A stretch of DNA of 64,000 nucleotides from an uncultured Bacteroidaceae bacterium (lineage in GTDB: Bacteria > Bacteroidota > Bacteroidia > Bacteroidales > Bacteroidaceae), in NCBI GenBank assembly GCA_905234745.1, contig CAJOJD010000003.1, positions 4,434 through 68,433 of the forward strand, given 5' to 3'. The translations under genes were made by a program, and so were the position numbers. The notes under the pieces are model-generated. The model saw only the letters and a program-made list of their open reading frames with translations, made no database searches and was not told where the DNA came from. Positions 1 through 10,109 of this stretch are shown here, piece after piece; position 1 is the first letter of the stretch; the number at the start of each line of letters is the position of its first letter.

Positions 1-532
1 ATGTATGTCGTGAGGGCCACTCCTCCTGCGGAATACCTCTGAGATACGGAATGACGCTGCGGCTGAAATAGAGTGCGTTCCAATTATCGTCAACAACCAC
101 CTTGGGGCTGTTGGGATTGGCCACCTTCTCAAAAGGCGTATCGGGAGCAAACGGTTTCACCAGTGTGGCAATATCAGTTTCCGGACTGTCGAACAGCCCC
201 TTGATTGTCTTGAGTTGTGAGGGTTGGATAAAGGGCTCGTCACCCTGGATGTTAACCACCACATCCGCTTTGACTCCGCACTTGCAGAATGCCTCGTAAC
301 AGCGGTCGGTTCCGCTCTTATGGTCGGTTCTGGTCATTATGGGAGTAAAACCTCCGTCCTTGACCGCATTGAAGATACGTTCATCGTCAGTAGCCACAAA
401 TACGTGGTCAAAAACCTTGCTTGCCTGCTCACAAACACGGATTATCACCGGTTTTCCACCCAATACCGCGAGCGGTTTGGCAGGAAAACGAGTGGAAGCG
501 TAACGGGCAGGTATGATAGCTGCAAATTCCAT
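1..532 (-). CDS. kdsB: 3-deoxy-manno-octulosonate cytidylyltransferase (CMP-KDO synthetase), 3' end cut by window edge
   Basis: Absent from the ORF track because it runs off the window. My reverse-strand translation from the ATG at 532-530 reads MEFAAIIPARYASTRFPAKPLAVLGGKPVIIRV...VVNIQGDEPFIQP, which are typical KdsB motifs. The start overlaps the stop of the upstream PBP gene (TGATG). Confidence 0.85.
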   Translation of the reverse strand, partial: MEFAAIIPARYASTRFPAKPLAVLGGKPVIIRVCEQASKVFDHVFVATDDERIFNAVKDGGFTPIMTRTDHKSGTDRCYEAFCKCGVKADVVVNIQGDEPFIQPSQLKTIKGLFDSPETDIATLVKPFAPDTPFEKVANPNSPKVVVDDNWNALYFSRSVIPYLRGIPQEEWPSRHT

Positions 533-2865
533 CAGAATGATTCTATTGAGTAATTGTCAATTATTTCGCCCTCCTCATCCAGATATCCGGCACACGGGTC
601 ATAATCTTTCGGGATGTCAAAGGTTGTACTGGGCAGATAACCCAGAACGGCCGAATCGGCATAAACCTTATCCATGAACATACCGAATATGGGAAGTGCC
701 GCATGGGCGCCCTGACCGTGATCCATATCATCAAAGTGTATGTCACGGTCCTCACCTCCTACCCAGCAACCGGCCACGAGGTCCGGAGTGTAACCCATGA
801 ACCATGCATCCGAGTGGTTATCGGTAGTACCGGTCTTACCGCAGCAGTCTACAGTGTAGAACGTGGGGAACAGACGTGAACTGCGCAGACGGGTTCCGGT
901 GCCTTCATTCACCACGGCACGCATCATGTCAATCATCTTGAACGATGCCTCCTCGCTTACAACCTCATTGCTGCGGGCTGTGAACTGCGCCAGGATATTA
1001 CCCTCGGCATCCTCTATGCGCGTTACGTACAACGGAGCGGTACGAATGCCGTGATTGACGAATGCCGTATATGCACTTACCATCTCCTCGACCGATACGT
1101 CACAAGTACCGAGACAAAGCGATTGAACCGGCTCGATAGCCTGGTTTCTGAGACCGAACTCATGCAGAAGGTTGACGAATGCATAAGGGCTGAGCTGATT
1201 CATAAGCCATGCCGTAACATTGTTGTTGGAACGGGAAAGACCCCACTTGAGTGTTACAAGCTGCCCAAGCATCTGCTTTCCGTCATCCTTGGGTTGCCAG
1301 ATCTGACCGGATTCGGTCAATATGGTCTGCGTTTCGTTTACGCACTGGTCACAGGGAGAAAAACCGCTCTCCATGGCAAGCGTGTACAGATAAGGTTTCA
1401 TTGTAGAACCCACCTGACGACGTCCGGCCGTAACCATATCGTACTGGAATGCACGGTAATCGGGACCACCCACATAGGCACGTACGAATCCGGTTCGCAG
1501 GTAGAATTTCATGTAACGGATGGAATCCATCGGAGTCATGACCGTATCTATGTCGCCGTCATATGAGAACAACGTCATCTTGCAGGGAGTGTTGAACACC
1601 TTGCGGATTGAATCCTCCGGAACGCCCCTGCCGTCCAGGTAACGGTAACGGTCAGTCTGACGTATGGCACGGTTCATGATGCGATCGACTTCATCGGTCG
1701 TAAGCTTATTGGTGAACGGTGCAGTCTTAAGCCCCTTCTTGGCAGCAAAGAAATCAGGCTGCAGATAATCCTGAAGTTGTGCAGCCACAGCCTCCTCGGC
1801 ATACTGCTGCATACGCGAATCAATGGTAACATAGACCTTCAGTCCATCGGTATACAGATTATACGGCTCGCCGTTCTGATTGAAATTCTTGTTGCACCAT
1901 CCGAAAAGAGGATCATTCTCCCAATCCAGCGAATCCTCATAGAACTGCTGCTGTTGCCATGAATGGGAATATTTGTTCATACTGCGGTCCGGCTTGGGGG
2001 CACCCAGTCTTGAACGCAGGTATTCGCGGAAATATGTTGCCTGGCCGACCGCATGGTCAACCTTATGGTAATTCAGGACAAGATCAGTAGCCTGGAGGGA
2101 ATCAGTCTCTGCCTCTCCCAGGAAACCGGCTTTTTCCATCTGGCTCAGAACCACGTTACGGCGTTCTCTGGTTCTCTCCGGCCTGCGCAAAGGATTATAC
2201 AGCGAAGAGTTCTTGCACATACCCACAAGCATGGCCGATTCCTCCGCGTTGAGTTCGGACGGCAGTTTGCCGAAATATGTCCTTGAAGCAGTGTGTATGC
2301 CGATGGCCCTGTTGCCGAAATCATACTTGTTCAGATACAGGGTCAGAATCTCCTCCTTGGTGTAGTAGCGTTCCAGTTTTACTGCAACCACCCACTCGGT
2401 AGGCTTCTGCAAAGCTCTCTGCACTGAATTTCTGGCAACGTGTTCCGTGTACAGCTGTTTTGCAAGCTGCTGGGTAAGAGTACTTCCGCCTCCCGCGCTT
2501 CGCTGCTGGAGTATGACTCGCTTGACAATAGCTCTCACGAGAGCCTTCAGGTCAATTCCCGAATGTTCCTGAAAACGGACATCCTCAGTAGCCACAAGAG
2601 CCTTTACGAGATACGGAGACAGTTCGTCAAAATCAACCCAGATGCGGTTGTCCTCGGTGCGTGCGAACGTACCCAGAGTAACGCCGTCGGCCGATATTAT
2701 CTGAGTTGCGAACTTGTCAATAGGATTCTCCAGATCCTCGACCGAAGGAGCATTACCTATCTTTCCGTTACTGATGCCTCTGAAAATGAAATATACCGTC
2801 AGGATACCGGCTATAAACACCAGCCACAATCCCAGGATAACACGCTTTACTGTCTTACTCATCAC
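532..2865 (-). CDS. mrcA: Class A penicillin-binding protein (PBP1A; transglycosylase plus transpeptidase)
   Basis: 777 aa with an N-terminal TM segment. GT51 motifs EDVRFQEHSGID and GGSTLTQQLAK are present, as are transpeptidase motifs STMKP (SxxK), SRSNN (SxN) and KTGTT. Confidence 0.9.
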   Translation of the reverse strand: MMSKTVKRVILGLWLVFIAGILTVYFIFRGISNGKIGNAPSVEDLENPIDKFATQIISADGVTLGTFARTEDNRIWVDFDELSPYLVKALVATEDVRFQEHSGIDLKALVRAIVKRVILQQRSAGGGSTLTQQLAKQLYTEHVARNSVQRALQKPTEWVVAVKLERYYTKEEILTLYLNKYDFGNRAIGIHTASRTYFGKLPSELNAEESAMLVGMCKNSSLYNPLRRPERTRERRNVVLSQMEKAGFLGEAETDSLQATDLVLNYHKVDHAVGQATYFREYLRSRLGAPKPDRSMNKYSHSWQQQQFYEDSLDWENDPLFGWCNKNFNQNGEPYNLYTDGLKVYVTIDSRMQQYAEEAVAAQLQDYLQPDFFAAKKGLKTAPFTNKLTTDEVDRIMNRAIRQTDRYRYLDGRGVPEDSIRKVFNTPCKMTLFSYDGDIDTVMTPMDSIRYMKFYLRTGFVRAYVGGPDYRAFQYDMVTAGRRQVGSTMKPYLYTLAMESGFSPCDQCVNETQTILTESGQIWQPKDDGKQMLGQLVTLKWGLSRSNNNVTAWLMNQLSPYAFVNLLHEFGLRNQAIEPVQSLCLGTCDVSVEEMVSAYTAFVNHGIRTAPLYVTRIEDAEGNILAQFTARSNEVVSEEASFKMIDMMRAVVNEGTGTRLRSSRLFPTFYTVDCCGKTGTTDNHSDAWFMGYTPDLVAGCWVGGEDRDIHFDDMDHGQGAHAALPIFGMFMDKVYADSAVLGYLPSTTFDIPKDYDPCAGYLDEEGEIIDNYSIESF

Positions 2866-2881
2866 TCATTACTAATTCATA

Positions 2882-2889
2882 CAAAAATA
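2882..2889 (-). promoter_or_regulatory. Candidate Bacteroides-type -7 box (TATTTTTG on minus strand) for the PBP1A-kdsB operon
   Basis: Plus-strand CAAAAATA is the reverse complement of TAnnTTTG. It lies 17 nt upstream of the ATG at 2865. No clear -33 TTTG was found. Confidence 0.35.
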
Positions 2890-3016
2890 ACACAAAAACA
2901 CCATACCGGAAATACTCATCGGGCAAAATTTGGCATTTTAGGGAAAGTTATGAACAGACACTCTTATAGTTGCTATTTTCTTAGTATTTTTGTGCTCCCG
3001 AACAAACTATAATAAA

Positions 3017-3937
3017 ATGGACCAAACAGGCAGAAGTCTGATTTCGCTCGAAGGGCTTGACAGGGAAGACATTCTCTGGCTTCTGGGTCATGCAGCCAAA
3101 TTCGAAGCCAGCCCCAACAGCAAGATCCTTGACGGGAAAATCGTAGCTACACTATTCTTTGAGCCATCCACCAGAACCAGGCTCAGTTTTGAAACCGCAG
3201 TGAACCGCCTGGGCGGCCGCGTAATCGGATTCTCCGACGCCGCCACCACAAGTTCATCAAAAGGTGAGACTCTCAAAGACACCATAATGATGGTCAGCAA
3301 CTACGCAGACCTGATCATTATGCGCCACTATCTGGAGGGTGCAGCCCGCTATGCCAGCGAGGTATCTCCGGTGCCCATCATCAACGCAGGTGACGGAGCC
3401 AACCAGCATCCCTCGCAGACCATGCTTGACCTCTACTCCATGCTCAAGACCCAGGGCCGTCTTGACGACCTGCACATACATCTTGTGGGAGACCTCAAAT
3501 ACGGCCGCACGGTTCACTCCATGCTCACCGCCATGAGGTTCTTCAACCCCACGTTCCATTTCATCTCGCCCGATGAACTGAAGATGCCAGAGGAGTACAA
3601 GGAGTACTGCCGCAACAACGGCATAAAATTCGAGGAGCACACCCGTTTTGACGAGGAAACCATAGCCGATGCCGACATCCTGTACATGACACGTGTACAG
3701 CGTGAAAGATTCACCGACCTGATGGAATACGAGCGTGTAAAGGATATGTTCATCCTTAAGAATGACATGCTCCGCAGCGCCAAGCCCAATCTCAAGATAC
3801 TGCATCCGCTGCCCCGTGTGAACGAGATTGCCCAGGATGTCGACGCAAACCCGCACGCATACTATTTCCAGCAGGCCAAAAACGGTCTGTACGTACGTGA
3901 AGCGCTGATTTGCAATGCACTTAACCTTCTAAAATGA
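3017..3937 (+). CDS. pyrB: Aspartate carbamoyltransferase catalytic subunit
   Basis: Motifs [13 protein letters not shown] and HPLPR are present. The track ORF starts at a TTG (2990); I prefer the ATG at 3017 (MDQTGRS...). Confidence 0.95.
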   Translation: MDQTGRSLISLEGLDREDILWLLGHAAKFEASPNSKILDGKIVATLFFEPSTRTRLSFETAVNRLGGRVIGFSDAATTSSSKGETLKDTIMMVSNYADLIIMRHYLEGAARYASEVSPVPIINAGDGANQHPSQTMLDLYSMLKTQGRLDDLHIHLVGDLKYGRTVHSMLTAMRFFNPTFHFISPDELKMPEEYKEYCRNNGIKFEEHTRFDEETIADADILYMTRVQRERFTDLMEYERVKDMFILKNDMLRSAKPNLKILHPLPRVNEIAQDVDANPHAYYFQQAKNGLYVREALICNALNLLK

Positions 3938-4407
3938 CAGATATGGAAAAGACAGGAAAATCAGAATTGCTGGTAGCGGCACTCAGAAACGGAACCGTTA
4001 TCGACCATATCCCGTCAGACAAGGTTTTCGATGTAGTCAACCTGCTCGGCCTGACCGGCATTAACAACCCCATTACCATAGGCGCCAATCTGAGCAGCCG
4101 GAAGATGGACAGCAAAGGTATCATCAAGATAGCCGACAGGTATTTCACGGAAGAGGAATGCAGCAAGCTGTCTGTAATAGCCCCCAACATAGCATTGAGC
4201 ATAATCCGCGACTACGAGGTAGTCGAGAAGAAAAAGATCTCGATGCCGGACCAGGTTCGCGGAATAGTAAAATGCGGAAATCCCAAATGCATCACCAACC
4301 ACGAGCCCATGCAGACCGTGTTTGATGTGGTTGACAAGGAAAACGGCACGTTGCGCTGCAGATACTGCAACAAAGACATACATAAAGGTGAAATAAAACT
4401 CCTCTGA
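3934..4407 (+). CDS. pyrI: Aspartate carbamoyltransferase regulatory subunit
   Basis: 157 aa. Its ATGA start overlaps the pyrB stop. The C-terminal zinc domain has four Cys (CGNPKC...CRYC). Confidence 0.9.
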   Translation: MTDMEKTGKSELLVAALRNGTVIDHIPSDKVFDVVNLLGLTGINNPITIGANLSSRKMDSKGIIKIADRYFTEEECSKLSVIAPNIALSIIRDYEVVEKKKISMPDQVRGIVKCGNPKCITNHEPMQTVFDVVDKENGTLRCRYCNKDIHKGEIKLL

Positions 4408-4413
4408 TTACAA

Positions 4414-5127
4414 ATGAGAGCAGGCCGACTGACATTGATGGCACTCCTGTTGCTTTCCACTGCTGCCAGTGCACAGACACAAGGCAGAAGTTCGTTGCCG
4501 GCTTTCTCTACCAACTGGGGTGTCAAAGTAGGTTTTTCGGCCACCGCCTCATATCTGACGGACGGATACATGAACGGACACACACTGACCGAATACACAC
4601 AGGATACCCAGGTGGGTAATTTTGCAACATTTCTGCTAAGACTTAATTCCAGAACCGTTTTCCTGCAGACCGGAGTCGGCATAAACTACAACAAGTCCTG
4701 TTTCTATGTGGACATGAACAGTTGGGATCCGGAAGCCACGACCAGGAATGACATGTCGTGCGTTTTCAAATACGAGTCACTCACCGTCCCGTTCCAGGCC
4801 GGCTACCATATCATAAACCGTCCGCCATACTGCATGTCGGCATTTGCAGGTGCCCGTTTCAGGTATACACCGGACAAGTTCTACTCAGTCCAATATGAAA
4901 AACTCGATCCTTATCAGGTTTCTGAAAAACCTATGGAACTTATAATAGGTCTGTCAGCCGGATTGAGCATAAAGATTGGAAGAACGTTCCTGGATTTTGA
5001 ATATGAAGCCACGGTAAACACCATTACCGGACCCATATATGACATAAATGACCTGCAGCCTGCTCCGGATTTCAGGTTTGACAGACGTCTGGGCATAATG
5101 TCATTCTCATACGGAATATTATTCTGA
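4414..5127 (+). CDS. Putative outer-membrane beta-barrel protein
   Basis: Signal peptide [21 protein letters not shown], alternating amphipathic strands and a C-terminal aromatic residue (GILF). Function is unknown. Confidence 0.5.
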   Translation: MRAGRLTLMALLLLSTAASAQTQGRSSLPAFSTNWGVKVGFSATASYLTDGYMNGHTLTEYTQDTQVGNFATFLLRLNSRTVFLQTGVGINYNKSCFYVDMNSWDPEATTRNDMSCVFKYESLTVPFQAGYHIINRPPYCMSAFAGARFRYTPDKFYSVQYEKLDPYQVSEKPMELIIGLSAGLSIKIGRTFLDFEYEATVNTITGPIYDINDLQPAPDFRFDRRLGIMSFSYGILF

Positions 5128-5155
5128 TAAGAAAGAAACCAACACAATAACAAAA

Positions 5156-6415
5156 ATGAAAAGAGATCAAGAGATTTTTGACATCATCGAGCGCGAACAT
5201 CAGCGCCAAGCTAAAGGCATCGAGCTTATTGCCTCCGAAAACTTTGTAAGCGACCAGGTTATGCAGGCCATGGGATCATGCCTGACCAACAAGTACGCCG
5301 AGGGTTATCCCGGCAAGCGTTATTATGGCGGTTGCGAGGTAGCTATTGCACGCATCAAGAAGCTGTTCGGCGCTGAGTACGCAAACGTACAGCCCCACTC
5401 AGGCGCACAGGCCAACGCAGCCGTTCTTCAGGCTGTACTTATGCCGGGTGAAACCTTCATGGGCCTTAACCTTGCACACGGCGGTCACCTTTCACACGGT
5501 TCAGCCGTAAACTCATCAGGTATCCTTTACCATGCCGTTGGTTATGACCTGAATCCCGAAACCGGTCGCGTAGATTACGACAAAATGGAACAGCTGGCAC
5601 TTGAAGTTAAGCCCAAGCTGATCATCGGTGGCGGTTCAGCATACTCACGCGAGTGGGATTACGCACGTATGCGCAAGATTGCCGATGAGGTCGGAGCTCT
5701 CCTTATGATTGATATGGCCCACCCCGCAGGACTCATTGCAGCCGGTCTGCTTGAGAACCCTGTAAAGTACGCCCACATCGTTACCTCAACCACCCACAAG
5801 ACACTGCGCGGTCCCCGCGGCGGTATCATCCTGCTGGGTAAGGACTTTGAGGATCCCCGTGGCCGTAAGACTCCCAAGGGCGAGACCAAGATGATGTCAC
5901 AGCTCATAGACTCAGCCGTATTCCCCGGAACACAGGGCGGTCCTCTGGAGCACGTTATAGCAGCCAAGGCAGTTGCATTCGGCGAGGCTCTCCAGCCCGA
6001 GTTCAAGGAGTATCAGATCCAGGTTCAGAAGAACGCCAAGAAACTGGCAGAGGAACTGACCAAGCGCGGTTTCACAATCGTATCAGGGGGAACAGACAAT
6101 CACAGCATGCTGGTTGACCTGCGTTCAAAATATCCTGATCTGACCGGTAAAGTTGCCGAGAAGGCTCTCGTTGCAGCCGATATCACCGCAAACAAGAATA
6201 TGGTTCCGTTTGACTCACGCAGCGCATTCCAGACTTCAGGTCTCAGATTCGGAACTCCCGCAATCACAACACGCGGAGCCAAGGAGGACCTGATGATTAC
6301 TATTGCCGAAATGATCGAGGAAGTTCTCAATGCTCCCGAGGATGAGGCAGTAATAGCAAAAGTACGCGCACGCGTAAACAGCATCATGAAGGATTACCCC
6401 ATGTTCGCATATTGA
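5156..6415 (+). CDS. glyA: Serine hydroxymethyltransferase
   Basis: 419 aa with [19 protein letters not shown] and the [17 protein letters not shown]-lysine motif. It appears about 7 aa short after GGCE (see findings). Confidence 0.95.
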   Translation: MKRDQEIFDIIEREHQRQAKGIELIASENFVSDQVMQAMGSCLTNKYAEGYPGKRYYGGCEVAIARIKKLFGAEYANVQPHSGAQANAAVLQAVLMPGETFMGLNLAHGGHLSHGSAVNSSGILYHAVGYDLNPETGRVDYDKMEQLALEVKPKLIIGGGSAYSREWDYARMRKIADEVGALLMIDMAHPAGLIAAGLLENPVKYAHIVTSTTHKTLRGPRGGIILLGKDFEDPRGRKTPKGETKMMSQLIDSAVFPGTQGGPLEHVIAAKAVAFGEALQPEFKEYQIQVQKNAKKLAEELTKRGFTIVSGGTDNHSMLVDLRSKYPDLTGKVAEKALVAADITANKNMVPFDSRSAFQTSGLRFGTPAITTRGAKEDLMITIAEMIEEVLNAPEDEAVIAKVRARVNSIMKDYPMFAY

Positions 6416-6448
6416 TTCAAGTGTAGCAATCATACATATTTGAAAATG

Positions 6449-6479
6449 AAGCCCAGCCGCGTTGCTGGGCTTTATTTTT
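6449..6479 (+). terminator. Rho-independent terminator after glyA
   Basis: A 9-bp stem (AAGCCCAGC/GCTGGGCTT) with a 6-nt loop, followed by TTTATTTTT. Confidence 0.6.
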
Positions 6480-6520
6480 AAATCGTAAAAATTTTATTTT
6501 GATAAATTCGCAATATAATT

Positions 6521-6551
6521 TTTGCAAAATCGTAAAATTGTATTATATTTG
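6521..6551 (+). promoter_or_regulatory. Bacteroides-type promoter (-33 TTTG, 19-nt spacer, -7 TATATTTG)
   Basis: TTTG at 6521-6524 and TATATTTG at 6544-6551. The ATG at 6560 lies 8 nt downstream. Confidence 0.5.
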
Positions 6552-6559
6552 CATCGATA

Positions 6560-7696
6560 ATGCATCCAATCTATATGAAAAGAGCAATCATAAAAAGGAC
6601 TATTTGGGGATTGATTGGTGTTTTCACAATCATTTCATGCACTACAGAAGACAATTTTGAGACATTCGACGGTTTTGAAAAGACCAAGGATGTAAGCTTT
6701 GACATCACCATCACAAGGGATGGCCAGGTCAAGACAAGAGGTGAAGGAGGTTATGACAATTTCGCCACGGATCAGGACATGGAAGCCAGACTGGACCCCA
6801 GCAAGCCATTCGGACTTATGGGTGTGGACGCAAAGACCAATGCCGTGCTCATCAACAACGAGCGTGTATTTGAGACTGCAGGCATCAGGTCAACCACATT
6901 TGATTCACGTAACTGGTACAGCACTGAGAATATTCTGCTCAGCGCATATTATCCCTACGTAAGTGAAACCGAATTCATGTCTGGCAACAGGGCATACATC
7001 ATACCCTATAGCGCAAAAGACACCCAGGCCGGCCCTCTGGTATCACAGACCGTCCAGCGCAGCACATCATATCTGGATGTAATTCCTTTGGTTTTCCGCC
7101 ATATAACAAATGATATAGGATTCAGAGTATGTGATATTACCTATGATCCCGGTTTGCGCGGATTTATACGTCTTAAGAGACTGATAGCCCACAACTTTGC
7201 CACCGAAGGATTCTACATAGATTCAATAGGAAACAACGGAGGCAAATGGGTACAGAAGACCATTTGTGAAGAGATCGGGATATTCAACGGTGATGCCAGA
7301 GTCGGCGTAGGTTCAGAGAACGAGATGTTTGTCGGACAGAACCATCTTGTATCTGACCGCAAGCACAGCAGCCGTTTCTACGCTGTACCCGAGGACATCA
7401 AAATGGGCAAGCAATACATAGAGGTGATATTTGATGTGGATGCATTCGATTACAACGGGCAGCATTTCAACGAACTCAAGAATCAGGTTCAGAAATTCCC
7501 GATTTACGGAGTCCTGCCGGGCAACAGTTGCATATGCGGAAAGCAATACACATTCCACCTGGGACTTGATCTGGCCACTCTCTACCAGGCTATAGAATTC
7601 AGCGCAACAGTAGGTGATTGGGAAAACAATTACAATGTCGACATGAACAGTGTCTGGGGAGAAAACAAGATATATGAAGACAACGATTTCTTCTGA
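6560..7696 (+). CDS. Fimbrillin-like lipoprotein (hypothetical)
   Basis: Lipoprotein signal (...GVFTIISC). The mid-protein pattern ...IPLVFRHITNDIGFRV resembles the F-x-H-x-hydrophobic strand of Bacteroidales fimbrillin-family proteins. An alternative start exists at M6 (6575). Confidence 0.45.
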   Translation: MHPIYMKRAIIKRTIWGLIGVFTIISCTTEDNFETFDGFEKTKDVSFDITITRDGQVKTRGEGGYDNFATDQDMEARLDPSKPFGLMGVDAKTNAVLINNERVFETAGIRSTTFDSRNWYSTENILLSAYYPYVSETEFMSGNRAYIIPYSAKDTQAGPLVSQTVQRSTSYLDVIPLVFRHITNDIGFRVCDITYDPGLRGFIRLKRLIAHNFATEGFYIDSIGNNGGKWVQKTICEEIGIFNGDARVGVGSENEMFVGQNHLVSDRKHSSRFYAVPEDIKMGKQYIEVIFDVDAFDYNGQHFNELKNQVQKFPIYGVLPGNSCICGKQYTFHLGLDLATLYQAIEFSATVGDWENNYNVDMNSVWGENKIYEDNDFF

Positions 7697-7705
7697 TCAA
7701 AGGAT

Positions 7706-8791
7706 ATGATGACAACATTGTTGCTGTTCCTACCAAGCATGACATGCCTGTTCTGGCTTGCCTTGAATCCGTTGGTCCACGAAAAGGACAACGAGTTCAA
7801 GGCTCTTGAGCTTTTTATGGCTGTCACCGGAATTACACTGTTTACCAATGCCGGGCTGACATGCACTGAAGGCAGCGCAATGCTTTCTCTATTCCTTTTG
7901 AAACAATTCTCGGCACTCCTTATAATACCCGCAGCACTGGCTTATATCAGGTCAATTTCAGCAGATAGGGAGAAAGAATCCTATCTTCAGGCATTCATCG
8001 CCGTTCCCGTATCCCTGCTGGTAGCTCAGATTATCCTGCTTATTCTCACGGGATCTGACGGTTTCATAGAAATCATCAGGAATCCGGCAGCATATGATTC
8101 CGATAAAGCCGCGAAAATAATATATCTATGCTCATACTGGATCTACTATACCATTCTTGCCATCCAGATCATAGCGTTCTGGATCATTCTGGTCATAAAA
8201 GCAGTTAAAGAGGGACACCGGATCCAGTACTTGAACGTTTTGGCCGCAGCAACCCTCTACGGAATAGTGGAGATATCGGCCTTGTGGCCTCTTTGGGTAA
8301 AGGCGACGGTATCGGTTGTCCTGTCATTTATTCTGTTCATGCTCTCCTACTCCGGCATTTTCAAAGGAGAGAAGAGAGCCCAAACCGATTTGATGCCGGA
8401 GCGGATTCCGGACATAAGTCCGATAAAGGAGGCCGATATCCATCAGAGCCTGGCCGATGAAGATACTCTCAGAATAAGGTTCGAGGATCTGATAGTATCG
8501 GAACAACTGTTCCTGAAACAGGGTGTCCGACTGGCCGATATAGCCACCATGCTTGACACCAACCGCACATATGTGTCAAGGCTGGTCAACAACACCTACA
8601 ACATGAGTTTCTCGGACTATATCAATACACTGAGAATAGACTATGCCGAGCAATACCTTCTGCACCACCGGGATGCCAAACAGTCAGATATTGCTGCTGC
8701 ATGCGGTTTCCCGACCGCCTCGGCATTCAACAGTGTTTTCAAGAAAACAACAGGTGTCACCCCAAAAGCCTGGCTGGCCACCAACTCATAA
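7706..8791 (+). CDS. Polytopic membrane protein with C-terminal AraC-family HTH domain
   Basis: The N-terminal ~230 aa contain about 6 hydrophobic segments. The C-terminus (LADIATMLDTNRTYVSRLV...AAACGFPTASAFNSVFKKTTGVTPKAW) is an AraC/XylS double HTH. Confidence 0.75.
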   Translation: MMTTLLLFLPSMTCLFWLALNPLVHEKDNEFKALELFMAVTGITLFTNAGLTCTEGSAMLSLFLLKQFSALLIIPAALAYIRSISADREKESYLQAFIAVPVSLLVAQIILLILTGSDGFIEIIRNPAAYDSDKAAKIIYLCSYWIYYTILAIQIIAFWIILVIKAVKEGHRIQYLNVLAAATLYGIVEISALWPLWVKATVSVVLSFILFMLSYSGIFKGEKRAQTDLMPERIPDISPIKEADIHQSLADEDTLRIRFEDLIVSEQLFLKQGVRLADIATMLDTNRTYVSRLVNNTYNMSFSDYINTLRIDYAEQYLLHHRDAKQSDIAAACGFPTASAFNSVFKKTTGVTPKAWLATNS

Positions 8792-8802
8792 AAACCAACA
8801 TT

Positions 8803-9204
8803 ATGCAGACAACGGAGAACAAGAAAGATTATTCGAAGTATACGGTACTGATAGTTGACGACATACCTGTCAACATAATACTCCTTAAGACAATGCTCAC
8901 AAGGACCAACGTCAGGATTCTGACTGCCACAAACGGTCAGGAAGCCCTTGACATAGTACGCAGTTCAAAACCTGAGCTGATACTTCTGGATATCCAGATG
9001 CCTGTTATGAACGGCTGGGAGGTTCTGCAGACCATCAAGAACGATCCCGAACTTAAGGATACCGCCATCATTGTAGTTTCAGCCTACACATCGCCCGAGG
9101 ATATTGAGCAATCCATTAAACTGGGTGCAGCGGGGTTTATCAAAAAACCGATAATCATGGATCTTCTGCTGTCAAGTGTAACATCCCAGCTTGACAATAT
9201 TTGA
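8803..9204 (+). CDS. Stand-alone response-regulator receiver protein (CheY-like)
   Basis: 133 aa. It has VDD, LLDIQMP (phospho-Asp), VSA and KKP receiver signatures and no output domain. The track ORF (8701) overlaps the upstream gene; the ATG at 8803 is preferred. Confidence 0.85.
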   Translation: MQTTENKKDYSKYTVLIVDDIPVNIILLKTMLTRTNVRILTATNGQEALDIVRSSKPELILLDIQMPVMNGWEVLQTIKNDPELKDTAIIVVSAYTSPEDIEQSIKLGAAGFIKKPIIMDLLLSSVTSQLDNI

Positions 9205-9230
9205 TTATTCCGTTTTGTTGACTATATTTG
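9200..9230 (+). promoter_or_regulatory. Bacteroides-type promoter for the second receiver gene
   Basis: TTTG at 9200-9203, a 19-nt spacer, and TATATTTG at 9223-9230. Confidence 0.45.
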
Positions 9231-9256
9231 CAGTAAATAGATAAAGGACTATCATT

Positions 9257-9676
9257 ATGACACCGACCGACATCAAGAACATCGACTTATCCAAGCATAC
9301 GGTACTGGCAGTTGACGACATCCCCATGAACCTGCTGCTTATAAGCAAAATTCTTTCAAGACTTAACATAAGCATCAGTACTGCCGCAAACGGCAGGGAG
9401 GCACTTGACTTCATTGCCAAACAAAAGCCCAGTCTTGTACTTCTGGATCTTATGATGCCGGAGATTGACGGCTATGAGGTTCTTAAACGCCTGCGTGAGA
9501 ATCCCGAAACAAAGGATCTCAGAGTCGTGATCCTGTCAGCCCTGAATTCAAATGAGGATATTGTCAAAGGCTTCAATATGGGCGCCAATGACTTTATTAC
9601 CAAACCCATTATTCTGGAAAAACTGACCAGCTGCGTAATCACCCAGCTGCAACTTGTGGAGCTGGCTTCAAAGTAA
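9257..9676 (+). CDS. Stand-alone response-regulator receiver protein (paralog of 8803..9204)
   Basis: 139 aa. It has VDD, LLDLMMP, LSA and TKP receiver signatures and no output domain. Confidence 0.85.
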   Translation: MTPTDIKNIDLSKHTVLAVDDIPMNLLLISKILSRLNISISTAANGREALDFIAKQKPSLVLLDLMMPEIDGYEVLKRLRENPETKDLRVVILSALNSNEDIVKGFNMGANDFITKPIILEKLTSCVITQLQLVELASK

Positions 9677-9683
9677 AAAGTAA

Positions 9684-10109
9684 TCAGATGTGGATACCCT
9701 TCTCTTTCATTTCGGTATCCGCCTTCTTCTTTTCATCCATCAGCAGCATCAGGAGCCATTCGCTCTGCTCTTTGCCAATGCCCAGATCGCGGCATGCCGA
9801 CTCGTATCTGTTAAGCACCGCTTCCTGATAACGGTGATATGTAACTGATTTCTTTATCTCCTCTTCAATGGTTTCATGCTCTATCTTGTAACTGTCCTCG
9901 TAGTACTCACGATAGGTCTTTTCGGTCACGAGTTTGAGGCAATAATAGAACATGGCACCGGTCAGTATCACGACCCCAAGTACGCCTAACAGCAGAGGCA
10001 CTTTCTGAATGATGCTCATAAGAGCCAGAATGCCACCTGTAAGGAAACACAACACTGCGAATACTATATAACGGTTCTTGGCCAGAAATGACTTTATTCC
10101 GGATTTCAT
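9684..10109 (-). CDS. Small membrane protein (2 TM plus charged helical tail), hypothetical
   Basis: 141 aa with two hydrophobic segments near the N-terminus. Its ATGA start overlaps the stop of the upstream gene, which implies translational coupling. Confidence 0.55.
   Translation of the reverse strand: MKSGIKSFLAKNRYIVFAVLCFLTGGILALMSIIQKVPLLLGVLGVVILTGAMFYYCLKLVTEKTYREYYEDSYKIEHETIEEEIKKSVTYHRYQEAVLNRYESACRDLGIGKEQSEWLLMLLMDEKKKADTEMKEKGIHI

Noticed and set aside
102-553. Plus-strand ORFs 102..299 and 224..553 from the track
   Set aside because: They lie antisense to a clear kdsB reading frame (minus strand, open to the window edge) and have no recognisable motifs. They are shadow ORFs.
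3257-3856. Long antisense ORFs inside well-supported genes (e.g. 3257..3856, 17556..18287, 32924..33634, 55084..55707, 44045..44569)
   Set aside because: Each is fully embedded opposite a gene with strong family motifs (pyrB, uxaE-like, hisH, GH2, PP2C sensor). Their translations are low-complexity with no motifs, which is the typical appearance of antisense frames of coding DNA.
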